A stretch of 64,000 nt of DNA from NCBI GenBank assembly GCA_963718965.1, contig CAVRBJ010000027.1, positions 73,360 to 137,359 of the forward strand, written 5' to 3'. A model generated the notes under the pieces. That model worked only from the letters and a program-made list of their open reading frames with translations. It was not told the origin of the DNA and did no database searches. The position numbers were made by a program, and so were the translations under genes. The DNA comes from an uncultured delta proteobacterium (GTDB lineage Bacteria; Desulfobacterota; WTBG01; CAIYCZ01; CAIRTM01). Positions 1 through 9,137 of the stretch are shown here, piece after piece; within the stretch, counting starts at the first letter, position 1; each line of letters opens with the position of its first letter.

Positions 1-2110
1 GTCCTGAATTCATCAAAGCCCGGGCTGAGTATGACCGAGCCCACATTGATCTCGTCTATCTTTTCGGTAAAGCTATGGTCTATGGCGCCTGCCTTGCAGG
101 CTGCCACGCACTGCATGCACTCTGAACAAATGCCGCAGTTCAGGCAGCGCTCCGCTTCTTTAAGAGCTTCTTCACGCGTGAAGCCAAGCTCAACCTCGGT
201 GAAATTGCCCTTCCTTTTGTCATTGGGAATATGCGCCATTTTCTGGCGCGGAGCCTTGGGCTTGTGCATAAACCGGTCTTCAAGCTCGGGAGACGGCTTC
301 ACCGCCGGAGGTTTTTCACGCCCCGACTTGAGATCCTGACCGTTTAAAAACCGCTCAATTGATATGGCTGCGCGCTTGCCTGCCGCAACCGCCTCGATCG
401 CGATCCAGGGCCCGGACACGCAGTCGCCGCCGGCAAATACGCCTGGCCGGCTTGTTGCAAGGGTTACCGAATCTGCAATGATGCGGTCATGCTTGGAGCA
501 TTTCACCTCTTCGGCATCAGACAGGAATGAAAGGTCGCTCAACTGCCCGATGGCAGGGATGATCGTGTCGACATCAAGGATAAATTCCGAACCATCGATC
601 GGCACAGGCCTTCTGCGGCCGCTCATGTCGGGGCTCCCGAGCTTCATGCGCACGCAGGCAAGCCCCTTTACAATATTGTTTTCAGCCACAACCCGCACCG
701 GGGCTGCCAGATATTCAATGGCTATGCCTTCATAGAGGGCGCTTTCAATCTCATCGGCGCTGGCGGGCATTTCCCTGCGGGAGCGGCGGTAGATGATTGA
801 AACCTGTTCTGCTCCCATGCGCAGTGATGTGCGCGCAGCATCAATGGCCACATCGCCGCCGCCGATAATGGCGACCTTTTTGCCGACCGCAACCTTACTG
901 CCCAGGCTTACCGTGCGCAGAAATTCAACGCCGGGAATGACGCCCTTAGTATCCTCTCCCGGTATGTCAAGCGGCATGCTCCGGTGACTGCCTGCCGCAA
1001 TGAAAACGGCTTTATAGCCATCTGATAAAAGCGTATCGATTGAGCCTTTGCTTACCGGAGTATTCGTCTTTATCTCAACGCCAAGTTTTTTAATAGTATC
1101 GATTTCAGACTCGATAATGGTCCGGAGGCAGGCGGTAGTCGGGAATGCCCACGCGCAGCATGCCTCCGGCAACAGGAAGGGCTTCAAATATGGTGACGCT
1201 AAAGCCCTTGAGGGCAAGAAAGTATGCGCAGGTAAGGCCAGCAGGCCCCGAGCCAATGACCGCAACCTTCTCCTCCCGCTTTTCAATCGCAGGCGCTACA
1301 AATTCAGAGCCTGCCTGGTCTGCGGCATACCGCTTCAGGCTGCAGATGGAAAGGGGCTCATCAATTTTTGTGCGGTTGCAGACGGTTTCGCAGGGGTGCG
1401 GGCATACTCTGCCGATCACGCCGGGAAGGGGCAGGTTTTCCCGTATAAGATCGAGCGCTTCCTTGTATTTTTCCCGCCCTATCAGGGCGACATAACCCTG
1501 CACATTGATGCCTGCGGGGCAGCCGTCGCGGCAGGGCGCTTTTGCTATTTTATCAATGGTGAAAACATTCGGGCACTGCCTGGGGGTAGGGCCGGAAAAT
1601 GGCTTTTCTGTTGGTGAGGCCTTCTTCGAACTCATTGGGAACCTCAACCGGGCAGGCCTGGGCGCACTCGCTGCAGCCCGTGCATTTTACAGAATCGACA
1701 AAGCTTGCATGCCTTTTTATCTTTACTGAAAAATTGCCGGGCCTGCCGTCAACGCTCTGGATTTCAGAGTAGGGTATGATTTTGATATTTAAATGCCTGC
1801 CGCACTCCACAAGCTTGGGAGACAGAATGCACATGGAGCAGTCATTGGTGGGGAAGGTCTTATCAAGGCGCGCCATGACCCCGCCGATGGCAGGGGTCTC
1901 TTCGGCCAGATAGACAAAGTAGCCAGACTCGGCAAGGTCGAGGGCTGCCTGAATGCCGCCGACGCCGCCGCCGACAACAAGCACGGACCCGATTTTGGGG
2001 CCATCTTCTTTTATTACAGCTGAACAGGTACCTGCAACGCAATTCAGATTCTGATCAGACATAGGTAGAGCGGGCTGTGGGCAGCAACCGCATCCGGACT
2101 GACTGGACAC
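1..2110 (-). CDS. HdrA-like flavoprotein with an inserted GltD/NfnB-like NAD(P)H:FAD oxidoreductase module (HdrL-type fusion). The 3' end runs off the left edge, and the frame is broken twice in this assembly.
   Basis: ORF 1553..2110 has the VVGGGVGG dinucleotide fold, TNDCSMC and CTGCSECAQACP motifs typical of HdrA. Its ...RPYPQAVP continues in another frame as NVFTIDKIAKAPCRDGCPAG (ORF 1105..1647, with GltD-type VAVIGSGPAGL). Its ...GIPDYRLP continues in a third frame as TIIESEIDTIKKLGVE. I could translate that frame without stops down to base 1 (...CLNCGICSECMQCVAACKAGAIDH...SPGFDEF). The shifts lie at about 1572 (GGG run) and about 1120. Confidence 0.7.
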
Positions 2111-2239
2111 CGTGATTAAACCTCCAGAAGCACCGGCAAAAAACTTTTGCCGTTTCCCGGTCTAAAGATTAAAGGTTTTCCCTGCGTGAGCTGGCCCGTG
2201 GGCTTGCAGCTTGAGCACAGGAAAAGAGCAACAATGCAA

Positions 2240-2621
2240 TCAAACTTCAATAAGGGTCAAAGCGCCGCTGGTGCATGCCAGCACGCACTGCGGGTCCGGC
2301 GGATCACCGCAGAAATCGCATTTCAGGGCGACCTGCGTGTCGGGCTCCTTGAACCATGGCCTGCCCGGGCATGAAGCCCTGCACAGGGTGCATTCGTCAT
2401 GGTCCTTGCCGTCGATAGTTGACAATGAGCTTTGACGTGCACTCGGCTTCAGTGAAAGGGCCTGCGATGAGCGGATAGTAGATGTCCTTTTCCTCATCCA
2501 TGTATACCCTGATTCTTGACTTCTGCGGATTGACCGTATCCTCGTTATGATTCAGGGAACAGGCGGTCTCGCAGTTCCGGCAGCCGGTGCATTTCTGCTG
2601 GTCGATCTTGATTTTTTTCAT
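2240..2621 (-). CDS. 4Fe-4S dicluster ferredoxin-like electron-transfer subunit (AOR-associated), with one apparent frameshift near 2440
   Basis: ORF 2397..2621 starts MKKIKIDQQKCTGCRNCETACS. ORF 2240..2497 carries ...ECTLCRASCPG...LKCDFCGDPPDPQCVLACTSGAL. The two halves join as ...FTEAECTSK / SSLSTIDGKDHDEC in adjacent frames. Confidence 0.65.
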
Positions 2622-2678
2622 AGTATACCCCGTTGATGCCCTTAAGTTGTTTTATTATAACACCAAATATACTAAATC

Positions 2679-2933
2679 TCACCCCCCCCCGATAGGGGGG
2701 AAAATGGCAACAATATCGCCTTCCTGTAAAACGCGCGTATTGACCTCGGGAGTTGTACCCTGGGATACGCCGTTGAGCACCACGATCCTTGGCTCTTCCA
2801 TTGGTATGCCCAGAACTTTCAGTAAATCAGAAAATGTTGCCCCGTCTTTTATGGAAAGAACTGCCTTGCCGTCTTTTGCATCCGGCGGCATATAGCTCTT
2901 AAAGTTTATAAATGTCCGCACTTCGATGTTCAT
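2679..2933 (-). CDS. MoaD/ThiS-family small sulfur-carrier-like protein (C-terminal GG)
   Basis: The 84-aa ORF ends ...IVAIFPPIGGG, which is the ubiquitin-like beta-grasp signature. It sits directly downstream of aor on the same strand. Confidence 0.75.
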   Translation of the reverse strand: MNIEVRTFINFKSYMPPDAKDGKAVLSIKDGATFSDLLKVLGIPMEEPRIVVLNGVSQGTTPEVNTRVLQEGDIVAIFPPIGGG

Positions 2934-2969
2934 GGCTCAGCGCTTTTCCGAGAAACGTTTGCCTGAGCA

Positions 2970-4793
2970 TTATGCAAGGCCGAGTTCGGCAATCTTTTCA
3001 CTTGTGGGAATGCCGTTTTCATCCCACCCGCGCAGCTGGTAATACTCGGGCAGCATGACATCAAGCTTGCACACAAGGCCCTTGGCCCCGCCTTCCAGTA
3101 AAGGTTCTTTCAGAAGGCGCTCGGGCAGCGTGTCATCGGCTTTTGTAAAGCCCGCCCTGAGGTTGAACTGGCGCTCAAGGTTCCAGATGCGCTCGCCGGC
3201 CCGTATGACCTCTTCTGTGGTGTAATTAAAACCGGTCACGGCATTGAGCATGTCGCGCATGTCCTCATAGCCCATGCCGGGCGTCAGGGTCACAAAAAGG
3301 CACAGGCCCGCTGAATCGACAACCGCGGTAAGCTCCTGAAAAACCTTCACCGTCGCGGGCTTGTCCTTGGTTGTGTGGGGATCCATTTTCGCATGCACGC
3401 CGAGCACTTCATTGGCAATCAGGTAGCCGCGCACATGGCAGGCCCCGCGGTTAGACGTTGCATAGGTAAGGCCCATGCCCTGCACCCCGCGCGGATCATA
3501 GGCCGGTATTTCCTGTTTTTTTACGCCCATGAACAGCTCGGTGTGGCCGTATTTTTCCGCCAGCACATAGCCGCCGTCTGCAGCTACTGCGCCCAGGCCT
3601 TCTCTGCGGCCCATCTGCTCAATGAGCTTAACCAGGGCATCGGCATTGCCGAAGCTTAAATCCATGCCCGCATCCTCTTTCGGCATATAGCCTTTTTCAT
3701 AGAGCTCCATGGCAGTGGCAACCGTGCAGGCCGCCGATATCGTGTCCATCCCCAGCTCATTGCAGATATAATTTGCCTTGGTGATGGCCGCAAGATTATC
3801 AATGCCGCAGTCAGCGCCCATGAGCTCAACGGTTTCATACTCGGGGCCTTCGCCGTGGCCCTGAAATTTCGGGTCATCAATTTTGGTGGCTCTGCCGCAG
3901 CCGATGGTGCAGGCAAAGCAGCCTTTATTGCGGGTAAGGGTTGTTTCGGCAATGGTTTCGCCGCTGATTTTGCCCGCCGTGGCAAATGTGCCTGTCTGGA
4001 AATTGTTGGTGGGCAGAATGCCGCATTCATTAATGATGTTCACAAGAATCGCCGTGCCGTATTTGGGAAGGCCCTGGGAGGTAACCGGCCCGGCCTTCAG
4101 CTTATCCATGGCAGTGCGCACGGATTTCTTGAAAGCGTCGCGGTTTATTTTTCCAATGCCCTTTGATCCTTTAACCACAACCGCCTTCAGGTTCTTGGAG
4201 CCCATGACAGCGCCCACGCCCGAGCGGCCTGCTGCGCGGTGCTTGTCATTCATAATGCAGGCGAGTTTGCCGAGATTTTCGCCCGCTGGGCCGATGGAGG
4301 CAATATGAATTTCCTTTGCCATCCAGGGGTCGGAGATCTCGGCCCGTATCAGATCTTCGGTTTCATGCGTTGTTTTGCCCCACAGATGATCGGCCGTGCG
4401 GATTTCGATTTCATCGTCATTGATCCAGAGATACACGGGCTCGTCGGCCTTGCCCTCGAAAATGATGCCGTCGATGCCGGCAAACCGCAGCTCGGCAGGA
4501 AAGTATCCGCCGGAGTTTGAACAGGCAATGGCGCCGGTGAGGGGCGACTTGGTAATGACCATGTAGCGGGCGCTGCACGGTGCGCCCGTGCCGGTCAGGG
4601 GGCCGGTCATGAAGATCAGCTTGTTGTCAGGGCTCAGGGGGTCAATGTCGGCATCAACTTCGTCGCAGTAGATTTTTGTTCCCACGCCTCTGCCGCCGAT
4701 AAAATTCTTTTCCATTTCAGGGTCTATATCTTCAAATGCAAACTCGCGGGCGGTTAAATCCACTCGTAAAATTTTGCCGCTCCATGCTTCCAT
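2970..4793 (-). CDS. aor: Tungsten-type aldehyde:ferredoxin oxidoreductase (AOR family)
   Basis: The intact long ORF starts MEAWSGKILRVDLT...FIGGRGVGTKIY and continues ...NRGACHVRGY..., which is AOR-family-like throughout. I chose the ATG at 4793 because GGAGG lies 8 nt upstream. The ORF track start at 4808 is the alternative. Confidence 0.9.
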   Translation of the reverse strand: MEAWSGKILRVDLTAREFAFEDIDPEMEKNFIGGRGVGTKIYCDEVDADIDPLSPDNKLIFMTGPLTGTGAPCSARYMVITKSPLTGAIACSNSGGYFPAELRFAGIDGIIFEGKADEPVYLWINDDEIEIRTADHLWGKTTHETEDLIRAEISDPWMAKEIHIASIGPAGENLGKLACIMNDKHRAAGRSGVGAVMGSKNLKAVVVKGSKGIGKINRDAFKKSVRTAMDKLKAGPVTSQGLPKYGTAILVNIINECGILPTNNFQTGTFATAGKISGETIAETTLTRNKGCFACTIGCGRATKIDDPKFQGHGEGPEYETVELMGADCGIDNLAAITKANYICNELGMDTISAACTVATAMELYEKGYMPKEDAGMDLSFGNADALVKLIEQMGRREGLGAVAADGGYVLAEKYGHTELFMGVKKQEIPAYDPRGVQGMGLTYATSNRGACHVRGYLIANEVLGVHAKMDPHTTKDKPATVKVFQELTAVVDSAGLCLFVTLTPGMGYEDMRDMLNAVTGFNYTTEEVIRAGERIWNLERQFNLRAGFTKADDTLPERLLKEPLLEGGAKGLVCKLDVMLPEYYQLRGWDENGIPTSEKIAELGLA

Positions 4794-5562
4794 ATAATGG
4801 GCCTCCATATAATGATGTTGTTGCTTTAACTATGAACAGGCTTAACGAAAGTTTTTTAATCCCTTTATTTCACCCTCAGGCTGGAGGGCAACTTTTGACA
4901 GCAGAGCGTTTTTTTGAATACCGAAAAGCCTGAAGGCCGCAAAACTACCCCTTCAGGCTTCCTTCGCAAACATGGCGGGCCAGATTTCCGATCTGTCCTT
5001 ATCGGCTCCCCCTGAAGGGGAACTAGGAAACCTTTTTTTGTTGCCGTAGGCAATAAAAACGCCTTATTGATTTAATATGATTTTTTTTAAAAGTCAATTC
5101 TTTTGCATGCCCATTTTGAAAGAAAACCAAATTTTTTTCCGATGGCGTATAAGCATCAAATGCAGCTTAACATCGTTTTCCGTTGGCTTTATCAAGCTCC
5201 ATATACAACTGTTTTCTAATCAAAGCACCGAGCCGCAAGCGCCTGAAACGTCAGCTGTGGATCGACAGCCAAAAGGCAATAGCCCGAAAAAGCCCTTGCT
5301 TCCACATCGTTGAAGCACCGCGTTTTGATGCTGCAGTAATCGAGTCGCTCAGGTTTGCCAAGTCAAATTTTATTATTGCAAGCTTTGATACAGAGCGCTC
5401 AGAGCGGCGCCGTAGCGGCTGCTCCTTCAGTCGCCATCTTTTGAATTTTGCCGAAAAAGCAGAAATATTGCGCTAAACTTGGCGGGCTTTTTGTAGTATC
5501 TCTAAGCTCCAATCACGCCGCTGGCAGGACGCAGCGGGCCACCACTTCAGCTTGTGAGACAT

Positions 5563-5850
5563 ATGAAACCCGGACGCTGCAATGACATTCTAATCGATAA
5601 TCAGGGAAGGCTCATTATTCCCAAAGAGCTTGCCGATCATCTCGGGCTTGCACCGGGCGGCAGCGTGGCCCCTGCATCCCCCTCATGCACAGCCATGTGA
5701 GCTTTCTCAATGAGACCGCGAGCGGGTCATGCAGCGCTGCGTGATGGGCAGCCTGGCTGACCAGCCTCTGCAGGATATCTGGCAATCGGCAGAGTATGTG
5801 CGGCTGCGGCCTCTGTGCTCAGCGCATCATTCAGTGCCCTTAAAAATTCT
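5563..5850 (+). pseudogene. Possible remnant of an AbrB/SpoVT-domain plus radical-SAM/SPASM-type gene with an internal deletion
   Basis: The 45-codon ORF 5563..5700 (MKPGRCNDILIDNQGRLIIPKELADHLGLAPGGSV...) looks like a SpoVT/AbrB swapped-hairpin domain. The following ORF 5729.. begins ...CVMGSLADQPLQDIWQSAEYVRLR, which resembles the C-terminal tail of SPASM-type radical SAM proteins. No CxxxCxxC core is present. Confidence 0.3.
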
Positions 5851-6120
5851 GCAACTATTCAGGTCACCGGGTTTAGCTTTTGGGTTCATAAAAACCGTGA
5901 AGACAGAAGCACTGGTTGATAAGTGGCCGGCCTGCGACCTCCAACTTGCGCTTCACGGTAGCCGTCCAACTAAGGGTGTGTTTGTCTATTTACAATGTGC
6001 TGCTGACACAGCATTGCGATAGACGACTATATTTTCCACCCGTCGTTCATGTTTTCCTGTTTCTTTCCTGCCTTCTGAACCCTGCAACCTGAGGCCTGAA
6101 CAGCAAAATTCTTTACTGCC

Positions 6121-6162
6121 TTGACAAAAAACTGTTTTCTCGCTAATAAAGATGTATATACA
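6121..6162 (+). promoter_or_regulatory. Candidate sigma70 promoter plus palindromic operator upstream of marR
   Basis: TTGACA (6121-6126), a 17-nt spacer, then TAATAA (6144-6149). The perfect 10-bp palindrome TGTATATACA (6153-6162) follows immediately, about 36 nt before the marR start. Confidence 0.4.
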
Positions 6163-6197
6163 ACTACCTTTGTTCACTTTTTTGCGGACTGTGCGCT

Positions 6198-6638
6198 ATG
6201 AGTGCTTTTGATCACGACGGCAATTTCGGGCATATGCTGGGGCGCACGTCGCGCGCCATGCTCAACATGCTGCAAAAAAAATTCCGGCAGGCAGGCTGCG
6301 ACATTACCGTGGAGCAGTGGACCCTGCTCATAAATATCCGCAATGCCGACAGCCGGTCGCAACAGCAGCTTGCCGAGCTGGTCTATCTGGACAAAACCAC
6401 CATAGCCCGGCTTGCAGCGGGGCTTGAAAAAAAAGGGCTTATCAGCCGCGAGTCCCACAGCGCCGACCGGCGGCAAAAGCTGCTGGTCATTACAGCGCAG
6501 GGTACGGCTGTGCTGGCAGTTTTAAAGCCCGTGGCCCTTGCGGCCCAGCAGCAGGTGCTGCAGGATCTGGATCCGAAAAAACTCAAGAGCTGCCGTGATG
6601 TTCTGCAGCGGGTTTACAGCACTATTCTCAGCCAGTAA
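6198..6638 (+). CDS. MarR-family transcriptional regulator
   Basis: 146-aa protein with a winged-helix core: ...ITVEQWTLLINI...SQQQLAELVYLDKTTIARLAAGLEKKGLISRESHSADRRQKLLVITAQG. Confidence 0.85.
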   Translation: MSAFDHDGNFGHMLGRTSRAMLNMLQKKFRQAGCDITVEQWTLLINIRNADSRSQQQLAELVYLDKTTIARLAAGLEKKGLISRESHSADRRQKLLVITAQGTAVLAVLKPVALAAQQQVLQDLDPKKLKSCRDVLQRVYSTILSQ

Positions 6639-6686
6639 CCTTATCACCGGCGCCGCCCCTTCGGCCCGACACACAGGAGAACAGAG

Positions 6687-8138
6687 ATGATTAAAAAAGT
6701 TGCAGCTAGCCTTGCCCTCATTATTGTCATTGCAATCGCCGGATTTTTCGGCATGTATAAATACGAAAACCGGCGGCTCAGCCCCGACTATTTTCAGTAC
6801 TATAAAACTCAAAATACTGTTCCCGAAGGCAAAGTGGGCGTTTTTGTCACCGGCCTTATAATTCCCGAGACGCCCGACCCGGTCTTTTTTTACAACATCC
6901 AGCAGAAAATCACCAGGAACATCATTCCCTGGCCGTTCAGGATTTTTGCAGGCATGGACAAGGGCGTCGCCCTGTTTGATCCGGAGCGGTACTGCGAGTT
7001 TACGGAATTTATCCCCAAGCAGCTGGTGAATGCCGAGGGCGGCGACAGGGATATCGACGGCGAGCCCTATATGGAAAAGTACCGGCGAGGCGAGGTTGTC
7101 TGGCAGCCCCCCGCGAAAATGCTTCACAAAGACACCAGCTATTTTGTGTACACAAAACGCAAGGGCGGCATGCCGAGCTTGGCTGGCAAAATGATCGGGA
7201 AGGCCCGGCTCTGGTACTATGACCGGGGCATTGTGCAGAAAAAAATACCGCACTGGAAGGGCACATTTGATGTCATCAATAAGGCCATGGCAGGTATTGA
7301 CAAAAAGTATCCCGGCGTCATGTGGCGCGCCGAATGCGGCATGTACTTCTACGGGATGAAACAAAAGATCCATGAGATGCTTGACGCAGGCTGCACGACA
7401 ATTGTACTTGCCGCGCCCATGGCCGTCTTTTCACATTTCGAGGAATTCGACTCAAGCTTCCGCCACTCCAGCGAATATATTGAAGAATGGGAAAAAGCCC
7501 ATCCGGGCAAAAAGATCAAAATCATCATGGCGCCGCCCATGGGAAAGTTCAAGCCTCTGCGGGAAGCCTACCTTGCCATGCTGAAAGACCGGCTTGACAC
7601 CCTGCCCAAAGGCGCCTCGGTTGCCGTTGCCGCAGCCGTGCACGGGCTGCCCTGGGACCAGCGCTCCTGGGAGGCCTGGATCGAAATGGCGCCCGAGTAT
7701 CGCGACCCCCTGCTCGGAGAAATCCAGAAGCTTGTAAGCGGCTACGGTTTTTCAAAGACCACGGTCATGAGCTGCCAGGATGAATTTGCCGACCCCGTGC
7801 GCGATCCGAAAGACAAGTACCTGTCAACCAACGAGGCCTACTGGAAAGCCATTCGCGAAGGCTACGAATATGTGATCTGCCTGCCCATAGAGTTTTTTGC
7901 CGAGAATACCGATACGTTATACTACCACGCTATTAAAAATTATGACGGCTTTGACGGCTACAATGTCTATGAACCCATCAGCTATCCGGACTGGTCCGTG
8001 CCCTATACGCGTGAGTTTGTGCAAGACAAAACCCATGTCATTTATAACGGCGTGCCCGTGGGCAAATACCAGCACTATGTCGTGGATGCGCTCTACAGCT
8101 CCATCGACTCGGTGCTCAAACAAGGTACGGGAAAATAA
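6687..8138 (+). CDS. N-terminally membrane-anchored class-II chelatase (ferrochelatase/HemH-fold) homologue with large insertions
   Basis: Intact 483-aa ORF with RBS AGGAGA. It has an N-terminal hydrophobic helix (AASLALIIVIAIAGFFGM). Segments align by eye to HemH: GVFVTGLIIPETPDPV, DAGCTTIVLAAPMAVFSHF, SVAVAAAVHGLPW (the HemH catalytic-His motif SAHxLP), and GYEYVICLPIEFFAENTDTLYY (the HemH GFVADHLEVLY region). Confidence 0.6.
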   Translation: MIKKVAASLALIIVIAIAGFFGMYKYENRRLSPDYFQYYKTQNTVPEGKVGVFVTGLIIPETPDPVFFYNIQQKITRNIIPWPFRIFAGMDKGVALFDPERYCEFTEFIPKQLVNAEGGDRDIDGEPYMEKYRRGEVVWQPPAKMLHKDTSYFVYTKRKGGMPSLAGKMIGKARLWYYDRGIVQKKIPHWKGTFDVINKAMAGIDKKYPGVMWRAECGMYFYGMKQKIHEMLDAGCTTIVLAAPMAVFSHFEEFDSSFRHSSEYIEEWEKAHPGKKIKIIMAPPMGKFKPLREAYLAMLKDRLDTLPKGASVAVAAAVHGLPWDQRSWEAWIEMAPEYRDPLLGEIQKLVSGYGFSKTTVMSCQDEFADPVRDPKDKYLSTNEAYWKAIREGYEYVICLPIEFFAENTDTLYYHAIKNYDGFDGYNVYEPISYPDWSVPYTREFVQDKTHVIYNGVPVGKYQHYVVDALYSSIDSVLKQGTGK

Positions 8139-8148
8139 GGAGAAAATC

Positions 8149-9123
8149 ATGCCAACAGCCAGCAAAATAACAATTTTTCAGGTTGACCCGGCTTTGTGCA
8201 CCGGCTGCGGGGCCTGCGCCGGGGCATGTCCCATGCACATTCTTGAAGTCAGAGACGGGCTGAGCGCCATGACCAAAAACCGCCTGTGCCTTGAATGCGG
8301 GGCCTGCATGCGGGCCTGCCCCCGTCATGCCATCAGCGTGGCAAAGGGCGATGGGGCTGACGCCGATGCCGGGACGGACCAGAAGGCGACAGATGCTCCC
8401 GTAATGTTTACCCATGTGCTTGACGCTGTGATGGCCATTGTCGAAAAGGAGATGGAACCCCGGCAGGTATTTTCCTATAACGGCATGGACATGTCGGACC
8501 TGAACGTCATAGAAACCAACGATGCGCAGGGGTTTGCGCGCTGCTACACCGCTGACAAACTTCTGAAAATGTATCAGTCCCGGTTCACCTTTTTCGGCCA
8601 GATGTGCGTGGATGTATTCGGACTTGTGCCCGCGCCCGAATACGACCTGCCCATCTTCATGTTCGACTGGTCCGAGTCCGACGACTCAATTTTCTATATC
8701 TGCGACTTCTACCCCACCGATGATCCCGGCAGAAACCAGAAGTATCTGGCCTCGTATTTATATGAGCCCCTTGACGAGCTGTATCAGGCCAGCAGCACGA
8801 TACCGGGGCTGCGGCCAGTTCCGCTGCACTGGGTGCGGGCCCTTAATTCTCCCTACATGATAACAGGCCATATCGAAAAAGAGCCCCGCGAAAATATCGG
8901 CAGGCTCTTCAACTCGACGCTCGACTATCTGCGGGCCTGGATCGGCCTGTGGAAGAAGGCCAGGCCCTGCGACATGCAGTCGCGGCATATGCAGCTTGTG
9001 GCAGAGCGGCGGGCCGTGCTGCACGACCTCTATCTTGAAAATGATCCCGGCATCGGCTCCATCAATAAGTTCATCGGCGAAGAAAAAGGTGCGCGCGTGC
9101 TAAAACTCATACTACCGGAATAA
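8149..9123 (+). CDS. Fusion of a 2x[4Fe-4S] ferredoxin domain to a ferredoxin-dependent bilin reductase (FDBR/PcyA-family)-like domain
   Basis: The ATG at 8149 is preceded by AAGGAG. The longer track ORF from 7897 overlaps the previous gene. The N-terminus has CTGCGACAGACP and CLECGACMRACP. The C-terminal 250 aa carry FDBR-like blocks: RCY...KM..., VPAPEYDLPIFMFDW(6)FYICDFYPT (PcyA: FPEPLYGLPLFGCDIV...AIADLSPT), and a C-terminal ENDPGIGSINKFIGEEKGARVLKLIL (PcyA: [22 protein letters not shown]). Confidence 0.6.
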   Translation: MPTASKITIFQVDPALCTGCGACAGACPMHILEVRDGLSAMTKNRLCLECGACMRACPRHAISVAKGDGADADAGTDQKATDAPVMFTHVLDAVMAIVEKEMEPRQVFSYNGMDMSDLNVIETNDAQGFARCYTADKLLKMYQSRFTFFGQMCVDVFGLVPAPEYDLPIFMFDWSESDDSIFYICDFYPTDDPGRNQKYLASYLYEPLDELYQASSTIPGLRPVPLHWVRALNSPYMITGHIEKEPRENIGRLFNSTLDYLRAWIGLWKKARPCDMQSRHMQLVAERRAVLHDLYLENDPGIGSINKFIGEEKGARVLKLILPE

Positions 9124-9137
9124 AGGGAGAAATCATC

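Noticed and set aside
1105-1555. TGA codons ending the HdrA-fusion fragments (1553-1555 and 1105-1107) as selenocysteine codons. HdrA-type proteins of sulfate reducers and methanogens can contain Sec.
   Set aside because: The homologous sequence resumes in a different reading frame after each TGA (…QAVP then NVFTIDK; …YRLP then TIIESEID). These are therefore frame changes, not read-through of an in-frame UGA.
4926-4960. The hairpin AAGCCTGAAGG-N13-CCTTCAGGCTT upstream of aor as a terminator or riboswitch element
   Set aside because: It has no adjacent U-run on either strand and no conserved context that I can evaluate. It may simply be another intergenic palindromic repeat.
7897-8148. The N-terminal 84 codons of track ORF 7897..9123 as part of the ferredoxin::FDBR-like protein
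   Set aside because: This stretch lies entirely inside the chelatase-like gene in another frame. A canonical AAGGAG-ATG start at 8149 gives a protein that begins right at the ferredoxin domain.
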